NCBI GenBank assembly: GCA_038087875.1
Contig: JAXLNO010000627.1
Span: 186,001-250,000 of the forward strand
DNA length: 64,000 nt
Direction: 5' to 3'
From: Malacoraja senta
Lineage: Eukaryota
A model generated the notes under the pieces. That model saw only the letters and a list, made by a program, of their open reading frames with translations. It had not been told where the DNA came from and searched no databases. Numbering within the stretch: position 1 is the first letter of the stretch; the number at the start of each line of letters is the position of its first letter. The translations under genes were made by a program, and so were the position numbers. Of this stretch, positions 25,067 to 37,684 are shown one piece after another.

Positions 25067-26495
25067 CATTGCCACCAGTATTGGGAAAGGAAGGAACTGT
25101 TCCGACGGGACGGACTATACTGGAACCAGACTCCTGGCAAACTTATAACGAGGGTTGTTGATTGAGCTTTAAACTAAATAGGTGGGGGGCAACACATTGG
25201 AAGTGTAACGGTGGAGTTAAGTGGAAAGAGAGTGCAGGAAATGTTACAGAAGTCTCCCGAATTATTAGGATGGCAAGTTCAAGAAGGGATAAGAGAGTAA
25301 CATGGGTAATATCGGGACCGATATAACAAGGGAGGCGAATACAGAATTAAAGGTGTTGTATTTGAATTGTATAGTATAAGAAACAAAGTGGTTGAGCTTG
25401 TAGCACAGATATAGATTTGTAGGTATGATGTTGTGGGAATTATGGGGACGTAGCTGCAAGAGGCTCGGAGCTAGGAGTTGAATATTCAGGGTTTTACGTC
25501 GTATGGGAAAGACAGAAAGGTGGGCAGAGGGGGTGAGGTAGCTCTGTTGGTTAGGAATGATTTTCCGTCCTTTGCAAGGTGTGACATAGGATCAGAAAAT
25601 GTACAGTCATTGTGGATAGAGCTGAGAAATTATAAGGGTAAACAGACCCCAATGGAGGTTATTTACAGGCCACCAAACAGTAACCACGATACAATTACAT
25701 CAGGAGATAAAATTGGCATGTAGAAAAGGCTTTTTTTTGGTGAATGTGATCATGGGAGATTTCAATATGCAGGTGGACTGGGGCAATCAGGTTGGTACTG
25801 GACCCCAAGAAGGGGAATTTGTAGAGTATCTCCGAGATGGATCCTTAGAGCAGCTTGTTGTGGAGCCCACCAGTGAAGAGGGAATTCTGGATTTAGTGTT
25901 ATGCAATGGACGGGGTTTGATAAAAAGAACTCAATATATAGGTACCATGAAGAGGTGGCGACCACAATATGATAAGTTTTAATCTGCAATTTGAGAGGGA
26001 GAAGGTGAAATCGGATGTGCTGGTATTGCAGATGTGGAAAGGGGACTACAGAGGCACGAGGGAGGAGCTGGCCAATGTTGACTGGGAAGGGAACCCAGCC
26101 AGGGATGACAGTGGAACAGTAATGGAAGGAATTGCTGGGAATAATCTGGAAGAAGCAGGATCTTTTCATTCCAAACAGGAAGAAAGATTCTAGGGGGAGA
26201 AAGAGGCAACCGTGACTGTCAAGGGAAGTCAAAGACAGTATAAAACTAAAAGAGAAGGCGAATAACATAGCAAAGATTCGTGCGAAGCCAGAATATTGGG
26301 AATCTTTTAAAGAACAACAGAAGGTAACTAAAAAGGCAATACGGGGAGAAATTATGAAATACGAAAGGAAGCTAGGCAATAATATAAAAGAGGATTGCAA
26401 GAGTTTCTTCACTTATACAAAGAGTAAGAAAGAGGCAAGAGTGGACGTTGGACAGCTGGAGAATGATGCAGGAAAAGTGATAATGGGGAATAAAG

Positions 26496-26630
26496 TGTTT
26501 AAGAAGGAACTGCAGATGCTGGAAAATCGAAGGTACACAAACAATGCTGGAGAAACTCAGCAGGTGCAGCAGCATCTATGGAGCGAAGGAAATATGCAAC
26601 GTTTCGGGCAGCATCTATGGAGCGAAGGGA
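26496..26630 (-). mobile_element. Penelope-like fragment with a partial internal tandem duplication
   Basis: gcagcatctatggagcgaagg occurs twice; flanked by gggaataaagt repeats; mirror at ~52720-52855. Confidence 0.65.
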
Positions 26631-28231
26631 ATAAAGTAATGGCAGAGGTGTTTAATAAATGTATTGCCACAGTCTTCACAGTGGAAAACACCAGCAACGT
26701 GCCTGAAATTCAAGAGAGTCATGGAGTAGATGTTATTGGATGCCTATTACAATGGGGTACGTGCTTGGGCTGCTGAGTGGGCTGAGTGGGCTGAAGGTGG
26801 ATAATTCACTTGGACTGGATGGAATGCAACCTCGGGTTCTGAAAGAGGCGGCTTTTGAGATTGGGGAGGCGTTGATAGTGATATTTCAAGAATCACTCGA
26901 GTCAGGAGTGGTCCCAGGCGATTGGAAAATTGCCAACATTACCCCGCTGCACAAGAAGGGAGCAAAGCAGAATAATGGGAACTGTAGACTGGTTAGTATG
27001 ACTAAGGTTGTTGGTAAGATTTTAGAGTCCATTATAAATGATGAGGTTACGGAGTACTGAGAAGTTCACGATAAAATAGGCCAAAGTCAGCATGGCTTTG
27101 TGAAGGAGAAATTTACTTGACAAATTTGCTGGAATTATTTGAAGAAGTAAATAGCAAGACAGACAGAGTCAATAGATGTTGCTTCCTTCGATTTTCAGAA
27201 AGCCTTTGATAAGGTGCCACACGTGAGGCTGCTAAGGAAGATGGGAGCCGATGGTATCAAAGGGCAGACACAAGTATGGATAGCAGGTTGGCTGACTGGC
27301 AGCAGACAAAGTATGTCAATAAAGGGTGCTTTTTCTGGTTGGCTGCCAGTGACTAGCGGTGTCCCGCAGGGGTCGGTACTGGGGCCGCTACTCTTCATGT
27401 TGTATATTAATGATTTGAACATGGGGATTAAAGGCTTTGTCACCAAGTTTGCAGATAATACGAAAATAAGTGAATGGGCAGGTAGTGTAGAGAAAGCAGG
27501 GATTCTGCAGAAAGACTTAGGCAGGTTGGGAGAGTGCGCAGTGAAGTGGCAGATGGAATATAGCAATATATAGCGTAGCAAAGTGTGGAATCATGCATTT
27601 TGGTAGCAGGTTCAAGGCGGAGACAATATTTTCTAAATGGCGAGAGAATCCAGAAATCTGAGGTGCAAAGGGACTTTGGAGTGCTAGTGCCGGATTCCCA
27701 AAATGTTAATCTGCAAGCTGAATCAGCAGTAAAGAAAGTAACCTCAATGCTAGCATTTATTTCATGAGGGTATGTATACAAAAACAGTGATGTAATGCTT
27801 AGGCTCCATAATGCACTGGTAAGGCCTTTGGAATATTGGAAGCAATTTTGGGCACCATATCTGGATGTGCTGGCTCTGGAGGCGGTCCACCTAAGGTTGA
27901 CAAGATGATCCCTGGAATAAGTAGGTTAACCAATGATGAGCGTTTTTCGGCACTGGGCCTGCACTCGCTGGAGTTTAGAAGAATAACGGGGGACCTCAGT
28001 GAAATATACAGAGGAAGGGCTGTATAGAGTGAATGTGGAGAGGATGTGTCCCATAAAGGGAGTGCCTAGGATTAGAGTTCATAGCCTCAGAATTAAAGGA
28101 CTTTCTTTTTGAAAGGAGACAAAGATAAATTAATTTAGTCAGAGGGAGGTGAATCTGTGGAATTATTTGCCACAGAAGGTTGTGGAGGCCAAGTAAGTGG
28201 ATATTCTTAAGGAAGAGATAGATAGATCTAA

Positions 28232-28997
28232 GAGACCGGTGGTGGTGGGGTGGGGGGGGGGGGCGCAGGCTGGTGGCAGCCTCGCCAACAGTCTGTCTGT
28301 CTTTTCGTCGTTTTTTTAAAATTATTTTTAGTGTGTTTTTAAAGTTTGTGTTAATGTTCTCTGGTTTGTTTTATGTGGTGTTTGGGGAGGGGTTCGGGAA
28401 AACGTTCAATCTTGCCGGAGATGCGATTGTTTTCCGGATCGTATCTCCCGTCGCTCTGCGGCCTAACATCATGGAGCTGGATGTCTTGCTCGGGACTGAC
28501 TTTGAGTCCCACCGCGGGGACGTGGACTTACCATCGGAGCCGATTCGTTGCCTGGGATCGACGCTCCATCCGTGGCCTGCGGATTTCACCATTGAGGAGC
28601 TCGCAGTCTCCGATAGAGACGATGTCGGGAAGCTCCAAACGACGCAGAAGGTTCGACCAGCCTCCGGGCGGAGGGAGCGGGCGATGTAGGAGCTTGATCG
28701 CCCCGACGCGGGGGAGGGGGGGGGGTGAGGCAACCGCCGCGGGAGACAAGATCGTCCGTCAACGGAACGCTCGAGGCAGGCCCCCGACCGCGGGAGAACA
28801 ATGAAGGGAAGAGATTGGACTTATTTTTCCCCGTCGATCACAGTGAGGAATGTGGAGGAGTCACTGTGGTGGATCTTCATGTTAAAATGCATTTTGTGTG
28901 TTTTGTTGCTATTTAATGGTATGATTGTATGGCAAATCAAATTTCTCGTATGTTGCAAAATAAACTTGGCTAATATAGTATGATTATGATTATGATT
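28232..28997 (+). mobile_element. Non-autonomous GC-rich retroposon with an (ATGATT)n tail inserted in the CR1 3' end
   Basis: Interrupts ...gatagatag|gttcttgaatagt; absent from the mirror CR1 at ~10455; microsatellite tail. Confidence 0.55.
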
Positions 28998-30567
28998 AGG
29001 TTCTTGAATAGTACAGGTGTCACATATTATGGGGAGAAGGCAGGAACATGGGGTTAGGAGGGTGAGATTGATCAGCCGTGAGTGAATGGCGGAATAGACT
29101 TGATAGGCCGAATTGCTTAATTCTACTCCTATCTCTTATGACTGATCTGAGGCTGCACCTGACCTGCGATTGTCTGCACGGTTTTCCAAGAATAGACTTA
29201 CCTCATTTGTGTTCAGAGTGTTTTAGTACACAGGACAGACCACTTGGTTCAAAGACCAGGACACTTACTGTGCTAGGTGACTTTGTACAGTCTGTGTTCT
29301 GACATTGCAATGGCAAGATGCCTACTCTGTTTGCCCTTTCCTTGAAGTTTCGTGCTGTTGTACATTGCAGTGGACTTACACGGAGTAATTGCGTTAATTT
29401 GTCCTTGATCCGAGCCAATCATTGGAGTGTAAACGGTCTATGGCTTTCCAGTATCGTTTGGCCGTGTTGACGTTCCCTGTATTTCCGTACTCCGGTGCTC
29501 TGCTGCTGTTTTCAGAAGGTCCATCTCTCCATAGCCCAGGCCGAAATGTTGTTGCTTGCATCGTCATTACACAATTCATATTATACTTCTGTTTCTCTAA
29601 ACGGTTGCCCACTGCAATTAGACACAGTGCTGGTCTCTCGCTGTCTTATGGTAATAAAGGTATGAAACACAAAATAAAGGGCTGGTTTCTATACACTCTC
29701 TTTTGTATACGGACGGTGGAGAAAAGTTCGTTTCCGTCACGTGCAACGTTGAGATGTTTATATAATTTTATTTTGGTCAGCATCGTCACTGCCCTGTGTG
29801 AGTAACATGGGAACGCGTGTACACACTGCACTGCGTGTATTTGACAGGCCTGTGAGGGAGAAGTTCAGCTGTTTCTCAGTCTATGCCCGGTCATGGAAGG
29901 CCACGTGATGTTCTTTGTCCGAGCCGTAACCGGACGGTTTCTAGCCGGAATCGGGAACGTACGGAGCCGAAATAAAGTGCGGCCAATTGAGCGCCGGCTC
30001 CCACAGTTGTGAGTCAGTGCTGCCGGCTGGTTCAGCTTCACTGCCGTTGACAGAGAACATGGTGTGGGTCCGGTTAGATCGAGGTTCCGATTACTCTGCT
30101 CTTGATGGACAAGAAATTTGTGACAACACAGAGTGTTCCAGGTCACGTGGGTTCTCAGGAAGAGCCTATTGTGATTCGACGCTGACTGAGTCACCATATC
30201 TCGGATCCGCAGTGCTCTACTCTGACCAGTACCCTCAACCAATTCCCCATAGTTCGGTGTGAATCTAAATGGATGAGCTGACGTGAGTGGTAGAAAGACA
30301 TCGGGAAGGAAGCAGAAAAAGCCACAAGTTGTCTCTTGTGGCGGGGAATGGCAGCAGTCATTCATTCTTTGTCTGGAAGGCTCGCGTGTTTCGCTCAGTC
30401 AATATCGGTAATGGAGATGATGTAGGAAATCCCCGGACATTCAAAGTATATTTTTTTATCCAGTGGTGTTATATCATTATCCACTTAATGGGTGTGACGA
30501 CTTTCGACAAGATGGTGTGATCGACGTGATCCGGCCATCAACAAGGGAGCCGATCGTGGTGGAATAA

Positions 30568-33110
30568 AGTAGACAGTAGACAATAGACAATAGGTGTAGG
30601 AGTAGGCCATTCGGCCTTTCGAGCCAGCACCGCCATACAATGTGATCATGGCTGATCATCCACATTCAGTACCCCGTTCCTGCCTTCTCCCCATATCCAC
30701 TGACTCCGCTATCTTTAAGAGCCCTATCAAGCTCTCTCTTGAAAGTATCCAGGGAACCGGCTTCCACCGCCCTCTGAGGCAGAGAATTCCACAGACTCAC
30801 AACTCTCTGTGTGAAAAAGTGTATCCTCATCTCCGTTCTAAATGCCTTGCGTCTTATTCTTAAGCTGTGGCCCCTGGTTCTGGACTCCCCCAACATCGGG
30901 AACATGTTTCCTGCCGCTAGCGTGTCCAAACCCTTAATAATCTTATATGTTTCAATAAGATACCCTCTCATCCTTCTAAATTCCGGAGTATACAAGACCA
31001 GCCGCTCCATTATCTCAGCATATGACAGACCGCCATCCCGGGAATTAACCTTGTGAACCTACACTGCACTCCGTCAATAGCAAGAATGTGCTTCCTCAAA
31101 TTAGGGGACGAAAACTGCACACAATACTCCAGGTGTGGTCTCACTGGGGTCCTATACAACTGCAGAAGTACCTCTTTGCTCTTATACTCAACTCCTCTTG
31201 TTATGAAGGTCAACATGCCACTCCCTTTTATTCACTGCCTGCTGTACCTGCATGCTTACTTTCATTTGCTGATGAACAGTGAACCCCAGATCCCGTTGTA
31301 CATCCCTTTTTCCCAACTTAACATAATTTAGATAATAATCTGCCTTCCTGTTTTTGCTACCAAAGTGGATAACCTCACATTTATCCACATTAAACTGCAT
31401 CTGCCAAACATTTGCACATTCACCCAACCTGTCCAAGTCACCCTGCATTCTCATAGCATCCTCCTCATAGTTCACACTGCCACCCAGCTTTGTGTCATCT
31501 GCAAATTTGCTAATGGTTCTTTGAATCCCTTCATCTAAATCATTGATGTTTTTTGTAAATAGCTGTGGTCCCAGCACCGAGCTTTGCGGTACCCCGCTAG
31601 TCACTGCCTGCCATTCTGAAAGGGACCCGTTAATCCCTACTGTTAGTTTCCTGTCTGCCAACGATTTTTCTATCCACGTCAGCACTCTACCCCCAATACC
31701 ATGCGCCATACTTTTGCCCACTAATCTCCTATGTGGGACCTTATCAAATGCTTTCTGAAAGTCCAGGTACACTACATCCACTGGCTCCCCCTTGTCCATT
31801 TTCCTTGTTACATCGTCAAAAAATTCCAGAAGATTAGTCAAGCATGATTTCCCCTTCATAAATCCATGCTGACTTGGACCGATCGTCTTACTGCTATCCA
31901 AATGTGCCGCTATTTCATATTTTATGATGACTCCAGCATCTTCCCCACCACCGATGTCAGGCTAACTGGTCTATAATTCCCTGTTTTCTCTCTCCTGCCT
32001 TTCTTTAAAAGTGGGATAACATTAGCTACCTTCCAATCCACAGGAACTGATCCTGAATCTATCGAACATTGGAAAATGAACACCAATGCGTCCACGATTT
32101 CTCGAGCCACTTCCTTTAGTACCCTGGGATGCAGATAATCGGGCCCTGGAGATTTATCAACCTTCAGTCCCATCAGTCTACCCCACACCATTTCCTGCGT
32201 AATGTGGATTTCCTTCAGTTCCTCCACCATCCAGATCCTCTGGCCACTAGTACATCAGGAAGATTGTTTGTGTCTTCCTCAGTGAAGACGGATCCAAAAT
32301 ACCTGTTCAATTTCTCTGCCATTTCCTTTTTCCCCATAATAAATTCACCTTTTTCAGTCTTCAAGGGTCCAACTTTGGTCTTAAATAGTTTTTTCCTCTT
32401 CACGTAGCTAAAGAAGATTTTACTATCCTCCTTTATATTCTTGGCTAGCTTACTTTCGTGCCTCATCTTTTCTCCCCGTATTGCCTTTTTAGTTATCTTC
32501 TGTTGCTCTTTAAACATTACCCAATTGTCTTGCTTCCCGTTCATCTTTGCCATGTTGTACTGCTTCTCTTTTATTTTTATACTGTCCCTGACTCCCCTTG
32601 TCAGCCACGGTCGCCCCTTACTCCCCTTGGAATCTTTCTTCGTCTTTGGAATGAACTGATCCTGCACCTTCTGTATTATTCCCAGAAATACCAGCCAGTG
32701 TTGTTCCACTCTCATCCCTGCTACGGTATCTTTACAGTCAACTTTGGCCAGCTCCTCCCTCGTGGCTCCATTGTCCCCTTTGTTCCACTGTAACACGGAC
32801 ACCTCCGGTTTACCCTTCTCCCTCTCAAATTGTAGATTAAAACTTACAAACATTATGGTCACTACCTCATAATGGCTCCTTTACCTCGAGTTCCCTTATC
32901 AAATCCGGTTCATTACACAACACTAAATCCAGAATCGCCTTCTCCCTGGTAGGCTCTAATACAAGCTACTCCACAAACCCCCTATCTTGGGGCCCAGTAC
33001 CAACCTCATTTTCCCAGTCTACCTGCATGTTGAAATCTCATAACAACCGCAGCATTACTTTTACGACATGCCAATTTTTACTCTTGATTCAACTTGCACC
33101 CTATATCCAG
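30568..33110 (-). mobile_element. 5'-truncated CR1 LINE, disrupted
   Basis: QHGFMKGKSCLTNL, FADDTK, VQFSSP; (TAGACAA)n tail; absent from the mirror arm. Confidence 0.92.
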
Positions 33111-34420
33111 GCTCGGAACTGGACCTCCATGACGTTACCTGTATTAAACCCAAAGCAGTTCACTGTACCAGGTACTTCTGATTTCATACAGGGAGCGTCA
33201 AGGAGGTCCGGTTCCGAGCTGTTGACCCGTCATTAATCGATCTGATGTGTCTGGTACTCAGTGACAGGATGGACAATGGTCTTAGTGCTGATTGGTATCG
33301 AGGCCAGAGGCGTTGACACCCCGCCAGCGTCGCCAATGACACTTGAAGCTGTGACCGGTGCATTGGTCAGGGAACAGCCTGGTTATGTCAGTGACTCCCT
33401 CGTGTTGCCGCTATATCAGTATCCCGGACACGCAGATCCGCCCTTTAGAGCTGGAGCCGCTCGGTGAATGGTGGGACTGGCGGCCACTGTGGTGGGAGAC
33501 AGAGTATCCCGTGTCCTTGCCCCGCCCAGTCCTTCGTTTCATCCGCCTTCTTTCATTGCCCTGGTGGTCATAAGGCCAATATGGTCGGGAACCAGTGATA
33601 GCTCCTGGGAACTTGATTTAGGACTGAGTAATTCCAGCAATGTTACTCGTAACTCGTCGCTAGGTTAGTTGACGTTTCATGTAGTGGGAAAAGCCGCACA
33701 CATGGTGGCCTTGGAGACTGGGTGACATGTAGGAATCTACAAGGCCACGTATGTAGCATCTCCTGGTCATATCAGCGTGACAGATGTTTGTCCTGTTGCA
33801 TTGAGCCGCGGGATTATGGGAGGATCCCAGTGTAACATGACTGTGTGTTGCCGTGTGGAGCTGTTCTGTTCTCTGAGTTTATGTCCGTTCCTCGCCAGTT
33901 TCACAAGGGCACTGCAGGGACAATCACCTTGGTGAGACATCGTGCGCCAACACGTGGCGACACGTGTCCTGCCTAGGATGTATGTAAAACAAAGCAGTTC
34001 ACTGTACCTAGGTACCCTCGGTACATGTGGCAATAAAGTATCTTTCAATCACTTACATATGGGCCAGGCCCAGTATGGATGGCAGCTGTCCATCCCACAC
34101 AGTCAGAAGCTGTTAGAATATGTGATGTGGCATTTAAAAATACACATCATAATTCGACCACATGTATTGTTGCAACTCTATCCCCTCATAATCACATGTT
34201 CACAGTTGCTGCACCAGAATGAGTCCATTCAGTGTCAGTCATTATAAGCCACAAACCCTGGTGTGGCAGGACTAGGACAGAGACAGACACCTATCTGCTC
34301 CTAAAGGTGAAGCAACGTGTTGGTCAGTGAGTCTTGCCCGATTTTGGCATAGACTGTGTTCACTACCATGTTAGCCACAGACTTATTTCTGAAGTTTGGC
34401 GTGTCACTTTAAGTCTGTAA

Positions 34421-34537
34421 TTCCCACAGGAGCGCTAAACTGGGAGCAGCTGGTGTGATTGTTTGTTCAGTGAGTGTAACTAACGTCGTTGGCCTGGAAC
34501 CTGGTGCTGCTGGAGATTTCTCTCTGCTATAACAAAG
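34421..34537 (+). promoter_or_regulatory. Putative core promoter of the plus-strand GPCR (degenerate TATA TATAACAAAG)
   Basis: Positionally homologous to 6653-6769; TATAACAAAG at 34528; TTCCCACA at 34421. Confidence 0.35.
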
Positions 34538-34617
34538 GATGCCGTGAACGTCATCCCTGTTTTAGCAGCAGTCTTGGTGTGCTGCATGAACAGAGGAGAA
34601 ATCACTTCACCGAGTAC

Positions 34618-34687
34618 ATGGGAGGCTTGCTACTTACTGGAATAACGAGGATTTACTACCCGACACTTGCCGCTGTTGGTGTTCCCC
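34618..34687 (+). CDS. Coding exon 1 of GPR139/GPR142-like class A GPCR (MGGLLLTGITRIYYPTLAAVGVP + 1 nt)
   Basis: ATG at 34618; encodes the YYPxLAAVGVP TM1 start typical of this family; ends phase 1 at a canonical C|GTAAGT donor; phase matches the acceptor at 47765/47766. Confidence 0.85.
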
Positions 34688-36103
34688 GTAAGTGTTTACT
34701 CACAGGATCTCACCGTGTTCATCACTGTTATATCTGACATGCGTGGTGGCTGCGCGCCGTATTGACCGCTTGTCTCACTGTTGTATGATTCTGGGTATGG
34801 TATTTGCCGAACTGTGGGGTTGATGTTTAAATAACCACGTATCTTCATTCAAACTGTAGTCTCAGGCAAGATGGTCCTGTTTTATGTTGACTTTAAAACG
34901 TCTAACAGTGGGTCTGTGAATCTGTCACCAGTGTCATGTCAGCATTATCGTTGTGAATGCACAGTACATTCTGGTGTGTGGACTAATTGGACTGCTGATC
35001 GCATGCTTTGTGAAATGCATCTTGAAATAATCCAGTGTAAGTGTTCAGGATAAGTGTTAAAATAATCCAGCAGTTTCCGGTAGTTTGTCCTGCAGACAAT
35101 TACGTTCTTGCTTTTCCCGGGAATAAAAATCAACCGTTGAAGCTCCCGCCCGAGTGTGAGACCAGGGTTGCTCTGTTACCAGCGAAACGCTTCCATTTCA
35201 CTCCAAGCACTTTCTTTATTCACAGGCGGCGTGGAATATTTCCACACTTTGGAAATAATTCCCGCTGGTCTGGAGTGAAATGCGAAAATGCTTGAAACCG
35301 CATGTGGGAGAGTATTTGTGGAAAGAGAAAGAGTTAAAGTTTCAAATCAAAGTTTCTTTCTCGGGAAGCAAGGAAGGGCAGAAACAGGTTTATCTGAGCG
35401 GCAGTGATGTTGGAAAGGACAAGGGCTGGAGTGTAGGGAATGTCTGGAGTAGGGATAGGTTTTCACTGAATGGATAATTGAACTACATTATCTGTGTAAC
35501 GTGTACCTAACCTGGTCCACTCTGGGTGACATTGTACAATCTGGGTGTCGCTCTGTATTCCGTGTGCGGTTGTACTGTTGGTGACGGTGTGAATTCGGGT
35601 GAATTTGTACAGTCTGGTCGGGTGGGAGTTGCCCAGGATATTCCAGTATTTCCAGTTGTTGGCAATATTTTCTGATTTCCAACATTCACAATTTATTCTT
35701 GACTTTCCCGCCGGCCTGCGGTTGTGATGCTCCGCTTTCAGGAATGGGACCGCTTTGTACGTGGCGGCGTTGCTTGAGTTCCGCTGTGTCTGGGTTAATG
35801 ACAGTTCAGGCAGTGGTCGAGATATGGCGCCGTGTTATTGGGTGGACTGAGTCGATTTTAATTGTTATCTCACACCTGCCAACATTTGAAAATGAAAAAT
35901 CTTACTCTGAGTGCGCGCGCGCCGAAGGTCATACCCATGTAAGAGCACAAGAACGTATAACTTGTTTATTGTGTATTTGTAATACAGTTTATTATGTATT
36001 ATATGTCATAGTTGCTTTCTTGCATTTGACCAGAAGTTTATCATTGAAAGTCATTTGGTAGCAACGTTTCCCCATCGCCCGGGGACACATTCGGAGGCTG
36101 GAA

Positions 36104-36192
36104 TCTCTCCATCTCTCTCCCTCTCTCTTCCTCCCCTCCCTCTCCCTCTCCCCCTCTCTCCCTCTCTCTTGCTCCCCTCCCTCTCTCCCTCT

Positions 36193-36258
<66 letters not shown>
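36104..36258 (+). repeat. Polypyrimidine (CT)n tract
   Basis: Seen directly; mirror of 4848-5040. Confidence 0.9.
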
Positions 36259-36270
36259 GGCTGGTCGGTG

Positions 36271-36459
36271 ATTGGCCGCAACGCCCCTCGGAGACAGTGT
36301 CTGATTCGCTGCCAAGTGAACAGCGCATTATATGATTGAACACAATGACCTTGGAGACAGCAGCTGATTGGACGGGAATTTTAAGGGAAGCTGCTCGGTG
36401 ATTGGACGCAACCCCCTTAGAGACAGCGGTTGATTGGCCGTTTTTCCCCTCATTTCAAA
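36271..36459. promoter_or_regulatory. Mirror CCAAT array (one 66-bp unit shorter) with TTCAAA, in intron 1 of the + GPCR
   Basis: ATTGG at 36271, 36367, 36401, 36433; degenerate at 36304 and 36335; TTCAAA at 36454. Confidence 0.55.
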
Positions 36460-37189
36460 ATCGTACCGTTCGGATTTTTCACACTTTTTTAACAAACAAA
36501 TCGGAACAAATACGATAAAATCGGACTAGTTGTCAAGTATGTTATCTATGTTTTGTCCCAACCTGAGATCAGATCTGTATATTACGCCGGGGACACGGGT
36601 GACGGCCCAACGCGGGTCTGTTTCTGTTCCCCGTCACGTTGCTCTGTGAGAGGAACCGCGCCCGGTCCAGAACCCTCGCACCTACTGACTGCAGAGACGT
36701 TGTTGAACCGTTGCCGCTCCGAGCAGTGACGGTGTTGCCAACGTGGTGTGTGGTGAGGATGTCCGGCTCTGTCACCGTTCTCTGTGACAAAATGCAGCAT
36801 GTGGTCCATTTGGGAATAGTTTGTGAGCTGCAGGACACTGGGACTGGGGGTTGACCACTGCAGTGATCTGCAGGAAAGGCAATTGGATGGGATGTTGCGT
36901 GGTAACATGTATGTCACAGCAGGATTGGGTTCGGAGTTCAGGTCCCCGCGGTCACTCATTGTTAGCTGAGTGTAGCTGATTATTCTGCACGTCTCAGACT
37001 TCCCGATACTGGCATGTTACAATTCCGTAATTTAACCTTCGTTTAACTGAGAATGTGCGGTGTTGCAGTTTGTCTGAGATTTGTTGATTTTGGTTCTTGT
37101 ACATGCGTGTGCAATCCCGACTTGTGTCTTACAAGTCATGACTGACTTCAGTGTCTGGTTCTGAATGTTATGTTTCAATAGTCGCTACA

Positions 37190-37365
37190 GTAATGTAGCT
37201 GGTAGCTCTGTGGTCTCACAGCTCAACAACGAGCTTCGATCTTGCACTGCTTTTTATGATGTCTACGCATTCTGTTCGTGAACGCATCTGTTTCCTCAAT
37301 TTACTCCGGTTTCCTTCCCCGACCCAACATGTGCAGTTTGGTCGGTAATTCGCTGCTGTAAGTTA
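37190..37365 (+). mobile_element. Degenerate HE1/V-SINE-like SINE (mirror copy)
   Basis: Same motifs on +. Confidence 0.5.
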
Positions 37366-37684
37366 CCCGTATTCCGGCGGATGACTAATAGTATCTGAGG
37401 TGAATTGGTGTTAATGTCGCTGAATTAATACTGCATGATTCGTGGAAATATTGGCTTAACGTTTGACACCTGACCCTGGGAGCCAAAGGACATGTATTTT
37501 ATACGTTTCTAGCTCCATGCCGCATCCTGGTAAATTATTCTGCCAACCAGCTTGTGTGTCCAAATGAAACCGGGGACAATCGGGTATTTTAAAACATACA
37601 TTTTTTGCATCTTTTCCCAGAGCTGTGATATTCTGTTTGACGATTCCACGTCAATCGCCAGTCAGGTTCCAGTTTGAGCATTGT

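Larger units (their letters stand above)
23750..29140 (+). mobile_element. Near full-length degenerate CR1 LINE (ORF1 zinc finger/leucine zipper + SGNH esterase; ORF2 APE-RT) with nested insertions
   Basis: CCSCIMWE..HICSKC, DDLESELQTLRHI, CLPGARVQDI, YRPPN, GVPQG, FADNTK; 3' end at ~29140; 5' boundary approximate. Confidence 0.88.

Noticed and set aside
34489..34737. 82-aa ORF as a standalone gene
   Set aside because: Only 34618-34687 is supported; the rest is 5' flank and read-through past the GTAAGT donor
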